DNA of 49,024 nt from Eubacteriales bacterium (GCA_045532215.1 JAZSFM010000030.1:1-49024); one strand, 5' to 3'. Numbered from the stretch's first letter, positions 30,429 through 40,913 are shown. Translations and numbers: made by a program. The notes: generated by a model not told the origin, from the letters alone.

Positions 30429-31871
30429 ATGCAATACGAAACCGTCATCGGTCTTGAAGTGCACGTTGAACTCTCTACCGACACCAAAATTTTCTGCGCT
30501 TGCTCGGCACACTCCTTTGGTGCCAAACCAAATACGCACATCTGTCCCGCCTGTTTGGGAATGCCCGGTGCACTCCCAAAACTAAACAAGCGTGTGGTCG
30601 AATATGCCATCAAAACGGGCTTGATGCTTGGTTGTCACATCAACCGCACATCCGCATTTGACCGCAAAAGCTACTTTTATCCAGACCTGCCAAACGCTTA
30701 TCAAATCACGCAATATTTTTCTCCCATCGCCACAGATGGCATGGTGGAAATTGAAACCGCAAACGGCAAAAAGAATATTCGCATCCAACAAATTCACATG
30801 GAGGAGGATGCGGGAAAACTCATTCACGATATCAAAGAGGGGCTCACGTACATCGATTTCAACCGTGCGGGAGTGCCGCTTTTGGAAATCGTCAGCCGCC
30901 CAGACCTCAGGAGTGCCGACGAAGTGGAAGCTTACCTCGAACGCCTCAAAACGCTTTTGCGTTATGCGCGTGTTGCCGAGTGCGAAATGGCACACGGAAC
31001 CATGCGTTGTGACGTCAACATCTCTGTTCGTCCTGTGGGGAGCGACCAATTCGGTATTCGAACTGAACTGAAAAATATGAATTCCATCGAAGCCATCAAA
31101 CGCGCCATTGAGTACGAGACCGCGCGACACATTGCAGCATTGGAAGCGGGAAGTGAGGTGCTCGTGCAAGAAACGCGCCGTTGGGATGATGCAAACGGCA
31201 AAACCGCCTCGATGCGAAGCAAAGAGACCGCGGGCGACTATCGCTACGCTCCCGATCCAAACCTGATGCCACTCGTGATTGGAGAAGAGTGGATTGAAGA
31301 AATCAAATCAACGCTTCCCGAATTCCCCGAGGTCAAGCGTGAGCGGTATATGAGTGAATACAAACTTAGCGCATACGATGCAGAGCAACTGACCAAAAGC
31401 ATCTCTCTTTGCGAGTGCTTTGAGACCGCTGTCACTATTTGCAAATCGCCCAAAGATGCCGCAAACTGGATGACGGGTGAGGTGATGAGCTTGCTCAACA
31501 CCCAAAAGATGACCTATGATATGCTTGCCATCGATGGGCGCAAGCTCGGCGAACTCATTCTGCTTGTGATTGATGGAAAAGTTGGCAGAGCCAACGCCAA
31601 AATCATTCTCGATGCTATGTTTGCAGATGCCGCGATTGATGCCGCTGCATACGCAAAGGAAAACGGTTTTCTAATTTCCAACGATGAAGAACATATCAAG
31701 CGCGTTGTCAAGGCAGTGGTCGATGCCGATGCACAGTCGGTTGCCGACTATAAGAGTGGCAAAGCGAAAGCTCTGATGTTCTTGTTTGGAAAATGTATGA
31801 AAGAACTCAAAGGCAACTGCAACCCGCAACTGCTCCGCCAAATTCTTTGCGAGTATATTGCAAAAAGCTAA
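30429..31871 (+). CDS. gatB: Amidotransferase subunit B
   Basis: IGLEVHVEL, YFYPDLP, HMEEDAGK, DFNRAGVPLLEIVS, RCDVNIS, QETR. Confidence 0.95.
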   Translation: MQYETVIGLEVHVELSTDTKIFCACSAHSFGAKPNTHICPACLGMPGALPKLNKRVVEYAIKTGLMLGCHINRTSAFDRKSYFYPDLPNAYQITQYFSPIATDGMVEIETANGKKNIRIQQIHMEEDAGKLIHDIKEGLTYIDFNRAGVPLLEIVSRPDLRSADEVEAYLERLKTLLRYARVAECEMAHGTMRCDVNISVRPVGSDQFGIRTELKNMNSIEAIKRAIEYETARHIAALEAGSEVLVQETRRWDDANGKTASMRSKETAGDYRYAPDPNLMPLVIGEEWIEEIKSTLPEFPEVKRERYMSEYKLSAYDAEQLTKSISLCECFETAVTICKSPKDAANWMTGEVMSLLNTQKMTYDMLAIDGRKLGELILLVIDGKVGRANAKIILDAMFADAAIDAAAYAKENGFLISNDEEHIKRVVKAVVDADAQSVADYKSGKAKALMFLFGKCMKELKGNCNPQLLRQILCEYIAKS

Positions 31872-31880
31872 AAAACTTTC

Positions 31881-31908
31881 AAACTCCCACGTTTGCGTGG
31901 GAGTTTTC
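31881..31908 (+). terminator. gatCAB terminator
   Basis: AAACTCCCACG-TTTG-CGTGGGAGTTTT. Confidence 0.8.
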
Positions 31909-32002
31909 TCATTTTTTTCTTCTTTCTATTGCAATTTGAAAAACGAGGGTGTATAATAAAGGTAGCGTTTCCCTAATTTTACCGAAAAGAGGAGAAACAG
32001 TT

Positions 32003-33769
32003 ATGAAAAAACTGAGTTTTTTGTTAGCCATTATTCTGTTGCTATCCGTTTTTTCGATGACGTCATGCAACAAAAATGAAGTTCCGCAAGAGACCACACC
32101 AAAGGTCACCACACCCGATACCACTCTCCCAACCGCTACAACGCCAAATGAAACAACTGCCCCCGACGTGGATCCCCCCGTGGTGCAGGCAAGCATTTTG
32201 GTAGAACAGTTGGCAAAGTATGAGGTTATCTATGCAAAAGATTCCTCTGCCGAAGTCAAGGGAGAGGTCAAACCTTTGGTAAACGCTATTTACAACACCT
32301 TTGCCGTTATGCTCAATCAGCGCACCGACCTCTATTACGAGGGCGTAGAATCGCTTGCCAAAGGACAGTACGAGATTCTCATTGGTCACACCAACCGAGA
32401 GGAAAGCGAAATCTTCCTTTCCACATTGCGCTGGGATGATTATGGCTACGGCATTGTAGGCGAAAAGCTTGTCATTGCTGGCAAAAACGAGGATGGAACC
32501 CTCAAAGCTCTGCGTGCGTTCTTTACATACGTCAACGATAGCAAGGATAGCAAAGTGTTTTTCAGTAATGCCGACCAATCAATCGTGCAAACAAATTATC
32601 CGTATCCCACTCTTACCATCAACGGCATTTCGGTTTCTGACCTTGCCATTCTGTGCAACCAAGAAGAACTTGGTGGTGTGGTACAAATCATCCGTGATGC
32701 CATTATCAAGGTATCGGGTATTGCCGTACCTGTTGTTACCGATCGAGATATCGAACGCATCGAAAACAAACTCGTCATCGGGCGCACCAATCAAATCACT
32801 ATCGATTATGCCCCTGAGGATAGTGCATATCCCACAGGCAAGGAGTTTTACATCAGTAAACTTGCAGGAGGCATTTTTGTTGATGCCAATACCTCCGCAG
32901 GATACCTCAGTGCCGCTGCCTATATTGCCGCACAACTCTCGGGCGAGTGTGGAGAAAAGGTTGTTTTCGAGCAAAAACAATATATGGGCGAGGACGCAAT
33001 AGGTGTTATGAGTTTTAACCTCAAAGCCGAGTCCAAAACAACGGACTACAACGCGCGCACCGATGCCGTTGTGGGTACCATTCTCAAATATCGCCCCGCA
33101 GTTGTGGGCGTACAAGAGGCAACCGACCAATGGATGAATATTCTTCGTGAAAAACTCGGTGACGTTTATACCATCGTTGGCGAGGGCAGAAATGCTGAAG
33201 GTCACGATGAACACAGTGCAATTCTTTACCTCACCGCAGAGTTTGATTGCCTTGAGAGCGGAACAAGATGGCTTTCCGACACCCCCGAAGAAAAGGGCTC
33301 TCAATTTGCCGAGTCGCACTACAAACGCATTATGACGTACGCATTGCTCTCTCGCAAGAGCGACGGTAAGCAGTTCTTGCACGTCAACACACACCTTGAT
33401 TACGGTACCACTGCCGCAGAGGAACAAGTCAAGGTCAAACAAATGCAAGTCATTTTCGATGAAATTGCTAAACTGCCGAGTGTTCCTACCACCATCACAG
33501 GCGACTTCAATGCAACCGTTGGCTCTCCTGTGTATGAAATGATTACTACCACAAACGGGTATCAAGATTCCTGTCCCGCATCCCTCATTCCGTCTCCCAC
33601 CTATCACGGCTTGATGGGGAATACGGGAGAGCCCAGCCACATCGATTTCATCTTTGCCAAGGGTATGGAGACTTCTAATTACTACCGCATTTGTACCGAA
33701 CGTGTAGGCAACGAAAACGTTTCCGACCACTATCCTATCTTTTCGATTCTGTCTTTTAGCGAACAATAA
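32003..33769 (+). CDS. Lipoprotein with C-terminal endonuclease/exonuclease/phosphatase (EEP) domain
   Basis: Lipobox MTSC, TTP linker; MSFN, GVQE, NTHLD, GDFN, IDFI, SDH. Confidence 0.88.
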   Translation: MKKLSFLLAIILLLSVFSMTSCNKNEVPQETTPKVTTPDTTLPTATTPNETTAPDVDPPVVQASILVEQLAKYEVIYAKDSSAEVKGEVKPLVNAIYNTFAVMLNQRTDLYYEGVESLAKGQYEILIGHTNREESEIFLSTLRWDDYGYGIVGEKLVIAGKNEDGTLKALRAFFTYVNDSKDSKVFFSNADQSIVQTNYPYPTLTINGISVSDLAILCNQEELGGVVQIIRDAIIKVSGIAVPVVTDRDIERIENKLVIGRTNQITIDYAPEDSAYPTGKEFYISKLAGGIFVDANTSAGYLSAAAYIAAQLSGECGEKVVFEQKQYMGEDAIGVMSFNLKAESKTTDYNARTDAVVGTILKYRPAVVGVQEATDQWMNILREKLGDVYTIVGEGRNAEGHDEHSAILYLTAEFDCLESGTRWLSDTPEEKGSQFAESHYKRIMTYALLSRKSDGKQFLHVNTHLDYGTTAAEEQVKVKQMQVIFDEIAKLPSVPTTITGDFNATVGSPVYEMITTTNGYQDSCPASLIPSPTYHGLMGNTGEPSHIDFIFAKGMETSNYYRICTERVGNENVSDHYPIFSILSFSEQ

Positions 33770-33787
33770 ATAAAAGGAGTTTGAAAA

Positions 33788-35548
33788 ATGAAAAAAATCA
33801 GTTTTTTGTTGGCGATTTTAATGCTTGTAACCTGCCTTTTCTTAGTTGCTTGCAATTCTTCAAAAAACAACGAGAACACCACTTTGGCAGAAACAACCCC
33901 CGAGGAGACAACTGCCCCCGATCTAACCCCCAAAATTTTGGCAGCAGATCTTTCCAAGTACAATCTCATTTGTGAGGTACGCAGTGGCAATAGCGTTGCC
34001 ATCTGGGATTTGCAATCGCAAATTCAAAAAATGTGTGGAAAGAAGATTGTCCTTGAAACAGATTACTTTGATGAAACCGAATTTGAAATTTTGGTTGGTA
34101 ACACCAACCGCAAGGAGAGCAAAGAATTTCTCTCCGGCTTGCTTTGGGATGATTACGGCTATGCCATTGTTGGCAACAAAATTGTAATTGCAGGTCACAC
34201 AGCAGAAACCACGCAAAGTGCTATGAGAGCATTTTTGGAGCATTTGCAAAGTGGCGACCATACAAGCGTTTTCTTTAGCAATAAAGATCAATACATCTTC
34301 CGTTATCCTTATGTTTCCGATACTTTCCTACTCAACGGCATTGACGTTTCTCGCGCAAAGATCGTGGTCAACAAAAAGGGAAGTGAACAACAAATGGCAC
34401 AACTGCTCTCGGATAAATCCTTGGAGCTTTGCGGTCGCCGTCCCGAAATAATCAACGATGAAACGTTGGTGTTGGCGAGTGATCCTCTCATCATTATCGG
34501 TGCATCTAAATATGTTCCCACCCAAATGCAATCCGAATGGGATGCCGCACAAGAAACGGTAGACGGTCAATTCTCTTATTACATTGGCAACACCGAGAAT
34601 ATCGTATGGATCAATACAGAAATTTTGGAAGGGTACAGTGCGTTGAACCGTGAAATTATTCCGCAAATTCAATCCAACGCAACTGCGAATTTGACCCTCC
34701 AAACCGGACTTATTAAAGTGCCGCAAATTTTCTCGGTAATGAGCTTTAATGTTTTTGTTAGCCAATTCAACGATGCACGTGTTAATCGCGTAATCGATAC
34801 CATTCTCGAAAATACCCCCTCTGTATTTGGTGTACAGGAAGCAAGCGTGCCTTGGATGAACGCGCTCAAGAGTAAGATCGGTGATGTTTACACCGCTGTT
34901 GGTGAAGGCCGCGACGGCGGAAATAACGGAGAACACAGTGCTATTTTCTATCGCTCCGATAAGTTCACCCTGATTGAAAGCGGCACAAAATGGCTTTCTT
35001 CTTCTCCTAACAGTGTAGGCTCCTATTACGTTGTTCCCGGTACAACCTACAGAGCTAATTTCCCACGCATTATGACCTACGCCGTTTTGGAGCGCAACAA
35101 TGACGGTGCACGTTTCATCTATGTCAACACACACCTTGACCACAACGGTGACAACAGTGTAGAAATTGCAGAGCAGGTAAGACAGGGACAAATTGAAGTT
35201 TTGCTTGCCCAAATCGGGGAGCTTAGAACCAAGTTTGGCAATTTGCCCACCGTTGTAACAGGTGACTTTAATGTTACTCCCGAAGCAACCGCCTACACCA
35301 CAATGATTGCCGGTGGATTCCTCGATACGTCTCACGAAGCAAAAACAGGTGAAATCAAGTCCACCTATAACGGTATGAGTGATGATTACGAAGGCGCGAT
35401 TATCGACTACATCTTTGTATCCCCCGAACTCAAAGGCGCGGTTGATACCTACACGGTTTGCCCCGCAAAGCGTGACGGACAATGGATCTCTGACCACAAC
35501 GCCATCATTGCAACCATTACGTTGCCTGTTCCCGAGGCACAAGAATAA
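33788..35548 (+). CDS. Paralogous EEP-domain lipoprotein
   Basis: Lipobox LVAC; same EILxGxTNRxES and WDDYGY N-domain; MSFN, GVQE, NTHLD, GDFN, IDYI, SDH. Confidence 0.88.
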   Translation: MKKISFLLAILMLVTCLFLVACNSSKNNENTTLAETTPEETTAPDLTPKILAADLSKYNLICEVRSGNSVAIWDLQSQIQKMCGKKIVLETDYFDETEFEILVGNTNRKESKEFLSGLLWDDYGYAIVGNKIVIAGHTAETTQSAMRAFLEHLQSGDHTSVFFSNKDQYIFRYPYVSDTFLLNGIDVSRAKIVVNKKGSEQQMAQLLSDKSLELCGRRPEIINDETLVLASDPLIIIGASKYVPTQMQSEWDAAQETVDGQFSYYIGNTENIVWINTEILEGYSALNREIIPQIQSNATANLTLQTGLIKVPQIFSVMSFNVFVSQFNDARVNRVIDTILENTPSVFGVQEASVPWMNALKSKIGDVYTAVGEGRDGGNNGEHSAIFYRSDKFTLIESGTKWLSSSPNSVGSYYVVPGTTYRANFPRIMTYAVLERNNDGARFIYVNTHLDHNGDNSVEIAEQVRQGQIEVLLAQIGELRTKFGNLPTVVTGDFNVTPEATAYTTMIAGGFLDTSHEAKTGEIKSTYNGMSDDYEGAIIDYIFVSPELKGAVDTYTVCPAKRDGQWISDHNAIIATITLPVPEAQE

Positions 35549-35559
35549 CAGCAACCTCT

Positions 35560-35593
35560 GCGCGTTCCCTAAAAAAGGGAACGCGCTTTTTTT
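35560..35593 (+). terminator. Intrinsic terminator
   Basis: GCGCGTTCCCT-AAAAA-AGGGAACGCGC followed by a T tract. Confidence 0.8.
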
Positions 35594-35717
35594 CTTGTTT
35601 TTTAATAAAAAACAAGAATATCCTCATATTTTATCGTTTTTTGTTCAATTTTGCCCTTGTTATGAGAGGAAAAATGTGCTATACTGTTGCCAAAGAATGT
35701 TTTTGGAGGTTTACAAA

Positions 35718-36803
35718 ATGAAAATGAAAGAAACACTCAAAAAATACGCAAAGCGCTATTTTATTGATGCCATGAGTGCTATGGCGCTCGGTTTGTTCGC
35801 ATCACTCCTCATCGGTACTATCTTCAACGCTATTGGAATGATTCCCGGGCTTTCGGTGATGTCCACCATTGGCAAGGGTGCGCAAGGCGTTGCGGGAGCG
35901 GCAATGGCAGTGGCGATTGCAATTTCGCTCAAAGCCGATCCGCTGGTTGTTTTCACTTGTGCGGCAGTTGGGCAAATTGCCAACACAAGCGGTGGAGCAG
36001 GGGGACCTTTAGCTGTCCTCTTTATCGCCATTATCGCCGCCGAGGTCGGACAACTCGTCTCCAAAAAGACCAAGGTGGATATTCTCGTCACTCCCTTTGT
36101 CACACTTCTCGTAGGCGGACTCTTGGGCGTGTATTGCGCACCTTATATCGGGCAGATCGTTGGATACGTCAGCAACTTTATCGGCTGGGCAACCACGCAA
36201 CAGCCGTTCTTGATGGGCATCATTGTGTCTGTTGTTGTCGGTGTGGCTCTTACACTCCCCATCAGCTCGGCAGCTATCTGCGCAGCAATCTATTTGACGG
36301 GTATGCCTGCCTTTGACGCTGCAGGAGAGCTCATCGCGCGCGACTACGCAGGACTTGCCCTTGCAGGCGGTGCGGCAGTTGCGGGATGCTGTGCACAAAT
36401 GGTCGGCTTTGCCGTAATGAGCTTCAAAGAGAACAAATGGGGCGGCCTTGTTTCCCAAGGACTTGGCACAAGTATGCTCCAGATGCCCAACATCATCAAA
36501 AATCCTCGCATTTGGATCCCTGCAACGCTGACAAGTGCCATAACAGGCCCTCTTGCCACCTGCGTTTTCGGGATGCAAATGTACGGCGCGGCAATCAATT
36601 CGGGTATGGGAACCTGTGGGCTTCTCGGCCCCATCGGCATCATTCTTGGCTGGTTTGGCGGCAACTATCCCGAAACTGTCACCGCCCTTGATTGGATCGG
36701 ACTCGCCCTCATCTGCTTCATTCTCCCCGCAGTTCTTACTCTCATCTTCAGCGAAATTCTTTATAAAATCAAGTGGATCAAAAACGGCGATTTGACGCTC
36801 TGA
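35718..36803 (+). CDS. PTS IIC-like membrane protein (PTS_EIIC_2 family)
   Basis: MALGLFASLLIG, KTKVDILVTP, LPISSAA, QGLGTSMLQ, SGMGTCGL. Confidence 0.85.
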   Translation: MKMKETLKKYAKRYFIDAMSAMALGLFASLLIGTIFNAIGMIPGLSVMSTIGKGAQGVAGAAMAVAIAISLKADPLVVFTCAAVGQIANTSGGAGGPLAVLFIAIIAAEVGQLVSKKTKVDILVTPFVTLLVGGLLGVYCAPYIGQIVGYVSNFIGWATTQQPFLMGIIVSVVVGVALTLPISSAAICAAIYLTGMPAFDAAGELIARDYAGLALAGGAAVAGCCAQMVGFAVMSFKENKWGGLVSQGLGTSMLQMPNIIKNPRIWIPATLTSAITGPLATCVFGMQMYGAAINSGMGTCGLLGPIGIILGWFGGNYPETVTALDWIGLALICFILPAVLTLIFSEILYKIKWIKNGDLTL

Positions 36804-36827
36804 TTCTGTATTTTCGAGGTAAACAAA

Positions 36828-37967
36828 ATGGATAAAAAACAGAAAAAGAAAACAAGCGCGATAAAGCAAGCTCTCATTCTCACATACAACTTCTCTCTTT
36901 ATTTTGCCCCCTGTTTTATTGTTGTGCGATACGCCTCTCCTTTGGAAATCAACCCTTTGCTCCAAATAGCAGGATTCTTTTTGGCGGTGTATGCGGCACT
37001 TATCTTCCACATTATTGTGCACGAGGGCGGACACCTTGTGTTTGGACTCCTCTCGGGCTACCGCTTTAGCTCCTTCCGCGTGTTCTCCTTTATGTGGGTA
37101 AAGGAAGGAGAGAGCGTTAAATTCAAACGCCATAGCGTTGCAGGAACAGGCGGACAGTGCCTGATGAGTCCTCCCGACATCAAAGACGGCAAAATGCCCG
37201 TTGCTTGGTATAACCTTGGCGGCTCGCTCATGAACATCATCTTCGGTCTTTTATTCCTCGGCGGATTCTTCCTTTGCGGTGAGGTTTCTATTCTTTCGGC
37301 AATCCTGCTTTTGTTCTCGCTCCTCGGTTTTGCGCTTGCCATTCTCAACGGTGTGCCGATGCGCACGGGAACCATCGATAACGACGGCTACAACGCTATT
37401 TCTCTTGCAAAAGACCATGCAGCACTTGAGGCATTTTGGATGCAAATGAAAGTGGTTGAGGAGACCACAAGGGGCGTGCGCCTTCGCGATATGCCTGCCG
37501 AGTGGTTCACCGTTCCCACCGACGAAGCGATGGGGAACAGTATGGCCGCCGCGCGCGGCGTGTTTGCCTGCAACCGACTCATGGACGAGGAACGCTTCGA
37601 GGAAGCCGACGAATTGATGGCACATCTTCTCTCAATCGAGAGCGGTATGGTAGGACTCCATCGCAGTATTCTCATCTGCGAGCGCATCTACGTCGAGCTC
37701 ATCACCCAAAATCGTCGCGAGGTCATCGACGAACAACTTACCAAAAACCTGCAAAGTTTCATGAAAGCAATGAAGGATAACCCATCCATCCTGCGCACGC
37801 AGTACGCCATTGCCTTGCTCCACGAAAACAATAAGGCCAAAGCAGAAACTGTCAAAGCGCAGTTTGAAAAGCGCGCCAAAACCTACCCTTATCCCCACGA
37901 AATTGCTCCCGAGAGAGATTTGATGGCGATTGCAGATGCCAAATACAAGGAAAGCGAAACCGCTTAA
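36828..37967 (+). CDS. M50 (site-2) membrane metalloprotease
   Basis: HEGGH in TM context, GGSLMN, NGVP..NDG. Confidence 0.85.
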   Translation: MDKKQKKKTSAIKQALILTYNFSLYFAPCFIVVRYASPLEINPLLQIAGFFLAVYAALIFHIIVHEGGHLVFGLLSGYRFSSFRVFSFMWVKEGESVKFKRHSVAGTGGQCLMSPPDIKDGKMPVAWYNLGGSLMNIIFGLLFLGGFFLCGEVSILSAILLLFSLLGFALAILNGVPMRTGTIDNDGYNAISLAKDHAALEAFWMQMKVVEETTRGVRLRDMPAEWFTVPTDEAMGNSMAAARGVFACNRLMDEERFEEADELMAHLLSIESGMVGLHRSILICERIYVELITQNRREVIDEQLTKNLQSFMKAMKDNPSILRTQYAIALLHENNKAKAETVKAQFEKRAKTYPYPHEIAPERDLMAIADAKYKESETA

Positions 37968-37981
37968 AAGGAGCGCACAAT

Positions 37982-38251
37982 ATGGACATTTTGATTGAAG
38001 TTATCTTGGAACTCTATCTTGAATTGATGGTTATGGTCGTTCCGGAAAAGAACGTAACAAAGGGAATGAGGGTGCTCGCAATCATAATTGCCATCGTATT
38101 GGCGCTCGGACTTCCTGCACTGTTCCTTTTTGGAGCATCTTTGCTGTTTGAGAAGAATACTGTGTGTGGGCTGATACTAATGATTGTCTCGGCAGTTCTC
38201 GTTCTAGCGCAAATCATTGCGGGTATCGTGCTATATAAAAAACATCATTAA
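37982..38251 (+). CDS. Small membrane protein
   Basis: RBS AAGGAG; 89 aa with two hydrophobic segments. Confidence 0.65.
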   Translation: MDILIEVILELYLELMVMVVPEKNVTKGMRVLAIIIAIVLALGLPALFLFGASLLFEKNTVCGLILMIVSAVLVLAQIIAGIVLYKKHH

Positions 38252-38291
38252 AAACATAAAAACGCAGTTATAAAAAAGGAACAGGACGGAT

Positions 38292-40340
38292 ATGGGATAT
38301 ACAATCGAAGCCGGTAAACTGACTCTGACAAACGGATCGTTTACCAGAACAATGGAGCTTCCAACAGTAAGTGGAAAATATCTGCTAAAAGAATATCGCC
38401 CAACGCAAGGTGAATTTCTTTTCTTTGAGTCCACCGGCGATGAATTTGCCTTTGAACTCGGCGGCGTGCTGTATACCGGTGCCACCGGCTGGAAGCTTTT
38501 GAACGTAGCAGAAACCCCAGATTTGGATGTCGGAGAGAGCGTTACCGTCTCTTTAGAGGCATTGGACCAAAAGGTGAAAGTGTGGCTTACCTATACTTGG
38601 TATGGGCAGCTTCCTTTTGTACGCAAAAATCTTACCGTGCAAAACTGCACAAATGGTGAGCTGTGTCTGGAATCGGTGGACGTAGAAAAATTCGCCATAA
38701 CGGGATTTTGGGCTCCCACCTACAGTTGGATCTTGAGTGATTACGGAAGAAAGAAATCCATCGGCCCCTATCTGGGCAATCTGCAGGATAGTCTCATCCT
38801 TGTTCACCATCCCGATTGGGAAGCCGGTATCGTATTGGGGAATGAAGCCCCCGGCGTCCTGAAAGGTGCGTCCGTATGGGCGCGGGGAAGGGAGATCACC
38901 TTAGGTCTTACGCATAAAGACGAGGATTATCCCTTTAGAAAATATTTGGCGAGCGGCGAGGTCTTTGTTGCATCGGATGTTTTCACAGGTGTATATAATC
39001 ATCAAAAGGATACGCATATCGTTATGAATCAAATGGTTCAGGACTATGTTCGAAAATATATGGGTATCCGCCTCACTCAAATTGAGGAGCGACCGATATT
39101 TGTCTACAACACCTGGCAACCCTTTGAATATAATATTTCGGAACAATTGATAAAAGAGACTGCCGAGGCAGCGGCACAGGCAGGCATCAAGGAATATGTT
39201 ATCGACGACGGATGGCAGGATTGTTACGGTGACTGGGGAATTGATTACAAAAAGTTCCCCAATGGACTAAAACCCGTTGTCGATCATATCAAATCCTTGG
39301 GAATGAAAGCGGGCGTGTGGGCCAGTATCGGAACCGCATCTCCCCAAAGCAAGGTATATCGGGAGCACCCTGAATGGTTTCTTAAAAACAAAGATGGCGA
39401 AGATTTCTCTTTGCTCGGCGGTGGAAACAGCAAACGTACCGCCTGTTTTTCTACCGGTTGGTCAGAGTATATCACGGGTGTGCTGGAAAGATTGGTAGAT
39501 GAGTACGGTTTTGACTACCTAAAGTTGGATTTCTCCGTTGTTTCAAGCCCGTACCGCTATAACAAAGAAGAAGCGGGATGCTATTCCTGCAATCATTCCG
39601 CGCATCGGGATCGGGAAGAATCCATGTGGGTAAATTATAACAAAATGTGGGAGGTCTTTGATAAGCTTCACAAGGGCAGACCAAATCTGTTTATTGACTG
39701 CACATTTGAAACCATGGGGGGCTTACAGCTTGTAGATTATGCAATGCTTAAGCACGCGGAAGGAAATTGGCTTTCAAATTTCTTCGGTAACATGGGTGAG
39801 AAAACCGACTTGCGCATCAGACAAATGGCGTGGTGGCGTTCTCCTGCAATGCCGGCTACCTCGTTGGTGATTGGAAACGCCCACATTCAGGATGTCGGGT
39901 ATGAAAATCACGTGCGTTCTTTAGCAGGAGCGTTGCCAATTCTGCTCGGTGATCCCAGACAAATCCCCAAGCAAGACAGAGAAGTATTAAGCAAATATTC
40001 GGGCTGGCTTGCAAAAATGGAGCAAAAACACAATATTATGCTCTATCGTCAGGATCTGCCGGGATATTTTGAACCTGCCATAGGAGGTCATGATGGATTT
40101 GCTCGCATCAATCGCGAAACCTTCTCGGGCGGCATCATCGGATTTTTCCGACACGGCGCTAAAGAATCTACAAGAAGGGTATGCGTAGACGGACTGCTTG
40201 CAGATCGCGAATACCTGATTTTGGATATGGACGGCAAGCAAATCGCAAAAATGTCCGGAGTTCTACTCGAAAAGGAAGGCTTTGATGTAACGATTGCAGA
40301 AGATTTTGGCGGACGGCTATTTGAAATTACACTTTCCTAA
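38292..40340 (+). CDS. Glycoside hydrolase family 36 (alpha-galactosidase-like)
   Basis: YNTW, VIDDGWQ, KFPNGL, YLKLDF nucleophile motif. Confidence 0.85.
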   Translation: MGYTIEAGKLTLTNGSFTRTMELPTVSGKYLLKEYRPTQGEFLFFESTGDEFAFELGGVLYTGATGWKLLNVAETPDLDVGESVTVSLEALDQKVKVWLTYTWYGQLPFVRKNLTVQNCTNGELCLESVDVEKFAITGFWAPTYSWILSDYGRKKSIGPYLGNLQDSLILVHHPDWEAGIVLGNEAPGVLKGASVWARGREITLGLTHKDEDYPFRKYLASGEVFVASDVFTGVYNHQKDTHIVMNQMVQDYVRKYMGIRLTQIEERPIFVYNTWQPFEYNISEQLIKETAEAAAQAGIKEYVIDDGWQDCYGDWGIDYKKFPNGLKPVVDHIKSLGMKAGVWASIGTASPQSKVYREHPEWFLKNKDGEDFSLLGGGNSKRTACFSTGWSEYITGVLERLVDEYGFDYLKLDFSVVSSPYRYNKEEAGCYSCNHSAHRDREESMWVNYNKMWEVFDKLHKGRPNLFIDCTFETMGGLQLVDYAMLKHAEGNWLSNFFGNMGEKTDLRIRQMAWWRSPAMPATSLVIGNAHIQDVGYENHVRSLAGALPILLGDPRQIPKQDREVLSKYSGWLAKMEQKHNIMLYRQDLPGYFEPAIGGHDGFARINRETFSGGIIGFFRHGAKESTRRVCVDGLLADREYLILDMDGKQIAKMSGVLLEKEGFDVTIAEDFGGRLFEITLS

Positions 40341-40353
40341 AAAATCAACACCT

Positions 40354-40382
40354 TAAGGATGCCACCTCGGTGGCGTCCTTAT
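40354..40382 (+). terminator. Intrinsic terminator
   Basis: TAAGGATGCCAC-CTCG-GTGGCGTCCTTA after the GH36 stop. Confidence 0.7.
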
Positions 40383-40451
40383 TTATATAAAAGAGGGGGC
40401 GACTATTGGCAGTCTGCCTCAACCAATTATAACCAAACAAACAGTTAAGCT

Positions 40452-40688
40452 GTCATCCTGAGCGGAGGGCGAAGCCCGTAGTCGAAATTTCACCGAGTGA
40501 AGAACGAGGTGAAATCGAGGAGCGAAAGCGACGAAGGGATCTCCTAACAAATTTGGGTGGCTTGCCATAACAAATGTAACATCCACACTGCAAGTCACCG
40601 AGACTCGTTACGAGATCCCGCGGCGGCTACGCCTTGCGCTTCTGCCTCGCTCTTCGCTCAGCAGAAGTTCGACTCCGCTCAGGATGAC
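40452..40688. repeat. Non-coding MITE/REP-pair element with 16-bp terminal inverted repeats
   Basis: GTCATCCTGAGCGGAG (40452-40467) pairs with CTCCGCTCAGGATGAC (40673-40688); inner AGTCGAA/TTCGACT and GGGATCTC/GAGATCCC pairs. Confidence 0.8.
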
Positions 40689-40729
40689 GGGCTGAAATCA
40701 TACGATGGTTCGTTCTGTGTTTTTTTGCA

Positions 40730-40853
40730 TCCTGTTTTGGAAAACAAGAACTTAAAAAAGCATCCAAAAAAGGCGAAATGCCAAATAAAATGCCAAAAAC
40801 GGAAAAATATATTTTCAAAAGGGCTTGACAAGCATCCAAAAATGGAGTATAAT
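40730..40853 (+). promoter_or_regulatory. recA promoter with four TCCA-N4-TGGA-like boxes
   Basis: TTGACA(40825)-17-TATAAT(40853); boxes at 40730, 40763, 40792 and 40835. Confidence 0.75.
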
Positions 40854-40913
40854 AGGGGCAGTAAAATAAAAAGGAAGGCGGCAAAGGTGTTTGCCGCGTG
40901 AAAGGAACATATT

